NCBI GenBank assembly: GCA_905178155.1
Contig: CAJINV010000005.1
Span: 5,411,038 to 5,475,037 of the forward strand
DNA from: Amoebophrya sp. A120
Taxonomy: Eukaryota; Protista; Dinoflagellata
Length of the DNA stretch: 64,000 nucleotides
Direction: 5' to 3'
Numbering within the stretch: position 1 is the stretch's first letter; each line of letters starts with the position of its first letter. The translations under genes were made by a program, and so were the position numbers. Positions 59,988 to 64,000 of the stretch are shown piece by piece. The notes below the pieces were generated by a model that saw only the letters and a list, made by a program, of their open reading frames with translations, was not told where the DNA came from and ran no database searches.

Positions 59988-62842
59988 ACGTGGAAAGGGG
60001 GGGAAGATTTTTTTTCATGGCAGGTGGACACGCCTGCTCTTTTTTTTTTTCCATTTTTTTTTTTTGCTTCGTGGCGCTTGCTAGGGTGTTCCTTCGGGGA
60101 TCCTTCCGCCGTGATCCTGTAGTGGCTTTTCGGACGAGATCCACCGTGATGCGACGGCCTAGAAGCTCGCAGAACGAAGAACGACAGAAATGCGCGCAAG
60201 CGGCCTTGCGGGGGGCCATTTCTTACCATAGCGCGCGACCTATTTATTCTTTATTCCTGGCGGAACGCGACCACAGCACCCGACGGATGGCGCCACGAAG
60301 CGTTTTTTTTTTTTTATTTTTTCACCACCGTTTTTGAAATATTTGCTTCCGCTTCTCGCGATTCCTATGTCTGAGGTATGTTTTAACATGTCAGCGAAAG
60401 TAGTTTTTTTTTCAATTTTGAATTGCAGAGACAGAGACACAGCTTCAATAGCATCAGCATCTGTGCACTTCCTGTTACTTACATTTTTAACTTATCCTTC
60501 TCACAACTATTTTTTCAGGAGCTTGTTATGCAAAGTCACGCAACCACGAGCGTTTCTATTGGGTAGCGCTAGGACGACGTGAGCAGAACCAGAAGGCAAA
60601 CCCTTCTTCCCCGGAGTAGGCCCACGCTCCCAATAGTGAAAATAAACAGGCTTCCGCTCCTCGTTTCTTGCTCGTGCTTTTATTCATTTTTTCAACTTTT
60701 TTTCTTTTTCTAAACTATTTACATTTTGAATTCGTTTCCCTTTCCTCGTTTCGTATTACTTTTTGACATCGATTATTTTGAACTAGACTCATCATCATCT
60801 TATCGTGGCACTTGATATCACATTACATTATCACATGACGTTTTCGTACTATTATTTCACATTATCGCTACATCAACTAGTATCGCATTTGCATTCGAGT
60901 AGAAAAACGAGCCAGAGCCTAAATGTAAAGATGAAAGTACTACTTCTACAGAGGCCTCCGCCTCTTCATGAAGACGATAGCGCGTTCCATCCTTGCGATA
61001 GCTTGAGCTTAGGAACGCAAAGAAACCGATCTTCGACGAACGCAAAGGAACAACGCCCAGCATCAAAAAAGAGGCGCTCACAACTCGAAGAACTACTCCT
61101 TGTTGTCCTATTGTCATCTAATATTTTCTTGTAGCAGATTTTCATCAATATTCAATATCAATTTTGATTTTATAGCTTTTTTTCTTCCAAACCACACATG
61201 TTTCTGATAACATAACGCACGTTTTTTCTACCTTATTTCCAGTTGAGATCCCAGCATTTCTTCGGCACCTCCAATGTACAGAGTCAAAGCTGATAAATTT
61301 TCCTCGCAAAAAATCAAAAACAGTACAACTAGCTGCACCAGACCTATGGCACCTGATGTTGATTGTTTCCATCATCTTTTTCGGATGTATTTTGAGCCAT
61401 TTTTTTTCTGCATGCTCACAAGTCAAGTTAGTAGAAGCCGGCCTTACATACTACAACCACACGAGCACCGCATCTCTACGACGAGGAGCTAGGGACAGAA
61501 GTATGCATAAAAAAGGGCGTGCTGGGCGAATCTCAACATTCTTAAAAAGGTTGCAGATGGTGATGGGAAGATCACGATTACAAATATGTTGGGCGATGAC
61601 AGGGACGTCGACCATGAGCATGTTACGAGTGCTTCTTGAAGACGTCGACCGCTACGTGATCATCTTCTGTTTGGAACAATAAAGATTTTCAGCACGACAA
61701 TAATTGTATTTCGTTCATCTTCTTGTACTTCGACGTAGTCGTACAGCTACAGGCGTAAAAATGTTGACATTAACGAGTCAGCAGGTGATTTCTTCGGTTC
61801 ATTATCTACGTTGTATACAAGATGTCGGTTCTTTGTCGTGCAGAAGTATCAATGAGCAAGATTTTATAGGCTTCGTGAATTGATAAAAATATGTGAAGAT
61901 GCAGTCGGTTCTTGTTTCTCATCTTGTTCTCTATAAAACATCGGTTTTTTCGCTTTCCTCGTTCATCGCATTTGATGATGCACTTAATATTGAAAACGTC
62001 CTCGGACCGGGACCATTCTCCTATAAGTGCTGTTGAGTCGTGACCCTGATCGACTTCGTGCCACCGCGTTGTGCGGCAACTTGCAGCAAGAAGACCGTGT
62101 GGTCGTCGTGGTCGGTTTTTACATTTTCTTATCGATAATTTATCTTAATCTTTCAGTTACACTGTTAAAATCGGTTATTATTTACCGGCTCGACAAGAAA
62201 TCGGAATAGCGTGCTGGTCCGCAGCTTCTCGTCCACTTCTACCGCTTCTCGTCCGACAACTTTATACTTTGCGTATATAATAGTTCCTGCGAACAAGGCG
62301 CAATCGTACCACCTCCACGTTCTCGCGAAAAAGAATTTTTCAGTACTCGTACTACTAGTCGTATTATACGCACATACACTACCTGCTGTTGTAGATGAAG
62401 CAGCCTTGTTCGTTCATCCTCCTCTGTGCTGAGTAGATAGGTGGAGGACAAAGAGGAAGTTAGTACTTCCATGACCTGCAATGTCTCTCTGATAGAATTG
62501 ATAGCCGGAGGAGAACTAACCCCCCCGAATGCTTTCGAGGGGTGGCACCAGCGCGAGAATTTCGCACTCGCGCCGCGCTTGGGCGCGTGCTGGAGGGTCA
62601 CGACCACAAGGGGCCTGCTGCCCTATGTCTGTTAAAGCTTCTGAGAAACTACGGACCTGCCTTCCGTCGAGAAATAAAGGGGTTAGAAGTCCGACGTGAA
62701 AAAGCTTTCACTTTGGAAAAGTGAGAAATCGTTGACAATTTCCCACTCCGTTCTTTCTCGAAGGTTTTCGAGAATTATCGGAGTGAAAAGTCATTACTTC
62801 GCTTCTTACTTCTGAAAAGTCTTCATTCATTCTGGAAAAGTG

Positions 62843-62970
62843 AGATCCCTGTTAGTGGCAGGGAGTTGGTGCTCCCTGTTAGTTGTGGAGATCCCTGTTA
62901 GTGGAGATCCCTGTTAGTCCCACGACCCTGGGGCCCGCGGGCGTGGTTCGATCCCTGTTAGTGGCAGGAC
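62843..62970 (+). repeat. Five copies of (GA)TCCCTGTTAGT(GGCA), resembling a tRNA 3' end
   Basis: The last copy reads GGTTCGATCCCTGTTAGTGGCA (T-loop plus acceptor-like 3' strand). Confidence 0.6.
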
Positions 62971-64000
62971 TGTTTTGACGGATCCAGCGCGCCGGCTTTT
63001 GTCGCTGCATGCCAGCGGCGTGCTCTTGGGGGCGGCGCGTTGCGATGGCTCGGCCAAAGAGCCCCGCAGCGAGCCTCGTAGGCCGGCCACAGACATTGGC
63101 GCCCTGGGGTTTTTTCGCCAGGAATTGGCCTAGATGGCTGGGGTGTTCCGTGCTTTAGCATTGGAGCCGATCTGGGTGCTCGGCCGGCGCAGGTCTTTTC
63201 CCCCTTCGGTAGGCATCAACCGGCGTGGATGGGCCGGGCCCTTTTGTCGAGTGCCCCGCCGGACAGTTTTCTTTGTTAGTTCGCATTGCCGCGCACGCCG
63301 CTGAAGCGCTTTGCTTTATTCCCCGTTGGCCCAACTACAACAACAAGCGAAGCGGCGTGCCACTGTGTAACGCTCGTTACACGATGGCGCTGGCCTCTCG
63401 CCTGAGAAGGCTAAACAGGCAGGACAACTACACTCATGTAGTACAGCGTCATGCTGCGGCGTGTAGGCGCCGGCGTGTACGACATCATTGTATGTCTTGA
63501 ACAGGCGGGATCATGTAGTTGTACAACGTAAACATGCTACAAACGCACACTTCATCTTTCGTCCCTAACATCGCAACATGACCACTCCCCCCTGGTGCCT
63601 CCTGCTTCGCAACATAATTTTCAACACTTGTACTTGTACCCTAAATTTCAACTTACTGCTTCTATCGATTCATTTGCGAGCAGTTTAGAATCTTTATCGA
63701 ATGAAAATTCGAGAGGATTTTAAATCTCCAACAAAATTATAAATCGCGACAATTTAAATTTTGTTAAAAGCATTTCTAACCACCACCATGAGTTTTGTTG
63801 ACAACTACTAAGTATTCTTGTTCAACGACTTCATCAACATCTCTACCCTGAAAATAAAACGAGTACAAAAAAAACCGAAACCCAACAAACCGGAGTACTA
63901 TTACTGCAATAAACGACCCCTACTTGTAGAAGTTTTCATCTTGTTTCTAAAATAAGCATTGCTGTTGTTCCTCAAGAACATTGCAGCATTTGTAAGAATT

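Noticed and set aside
1-64000. Autonomous transposase for the introners
   Set aside because: No DDE, tyrosine-recombinase or HUH motifs were recognised in any ORF or reconstructed gene here.

Overview
Eukaryotic genomic DNA. Its architecture matches what I recall as described for the parasitic dinoflagellate Amoebophrya (Syndiniales); the taxon is an inference. Five + strand protein-coding genes of unknown function (<1-5992, ~8056-16077, ~19971-30791, 32689-42172, 46517-59987) are interrupted by 85 non-autonomous, MITE-like 'introner' elements of about 11 families (112-428 bp) that I delimited by hand. The elements nearly all start TAT and end ATA, carry terminal inverted repeats (TIRs), are flanked by a 5-bp target-site duplication (TSD) and occur in either orientation. 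Removing each element plus 5 nt rebuilt an open reading frame across every junction I traced, and most junctions cannot be GT-AG. Families with unrelated TIRs share one internal motif, TTGT(C/A/G)ATGC / GCAT(G/T/C)ACAA. The window also has a gene with mutually homologous phase-1 GT-AG introns and an RT-core-less non-LTR retroelement derivative with G-rich repeats (42165-45089). Other items are a 952-bp insertion flanked by a 50-bp direct repeat, a nested insertion inside an introner, and tRNA-3'-like repeats near 62.9 kb. No transposase, rRNA, complete tRNA or CRISPR array was found. Coordinates were counted manually; family letters are my own labels.
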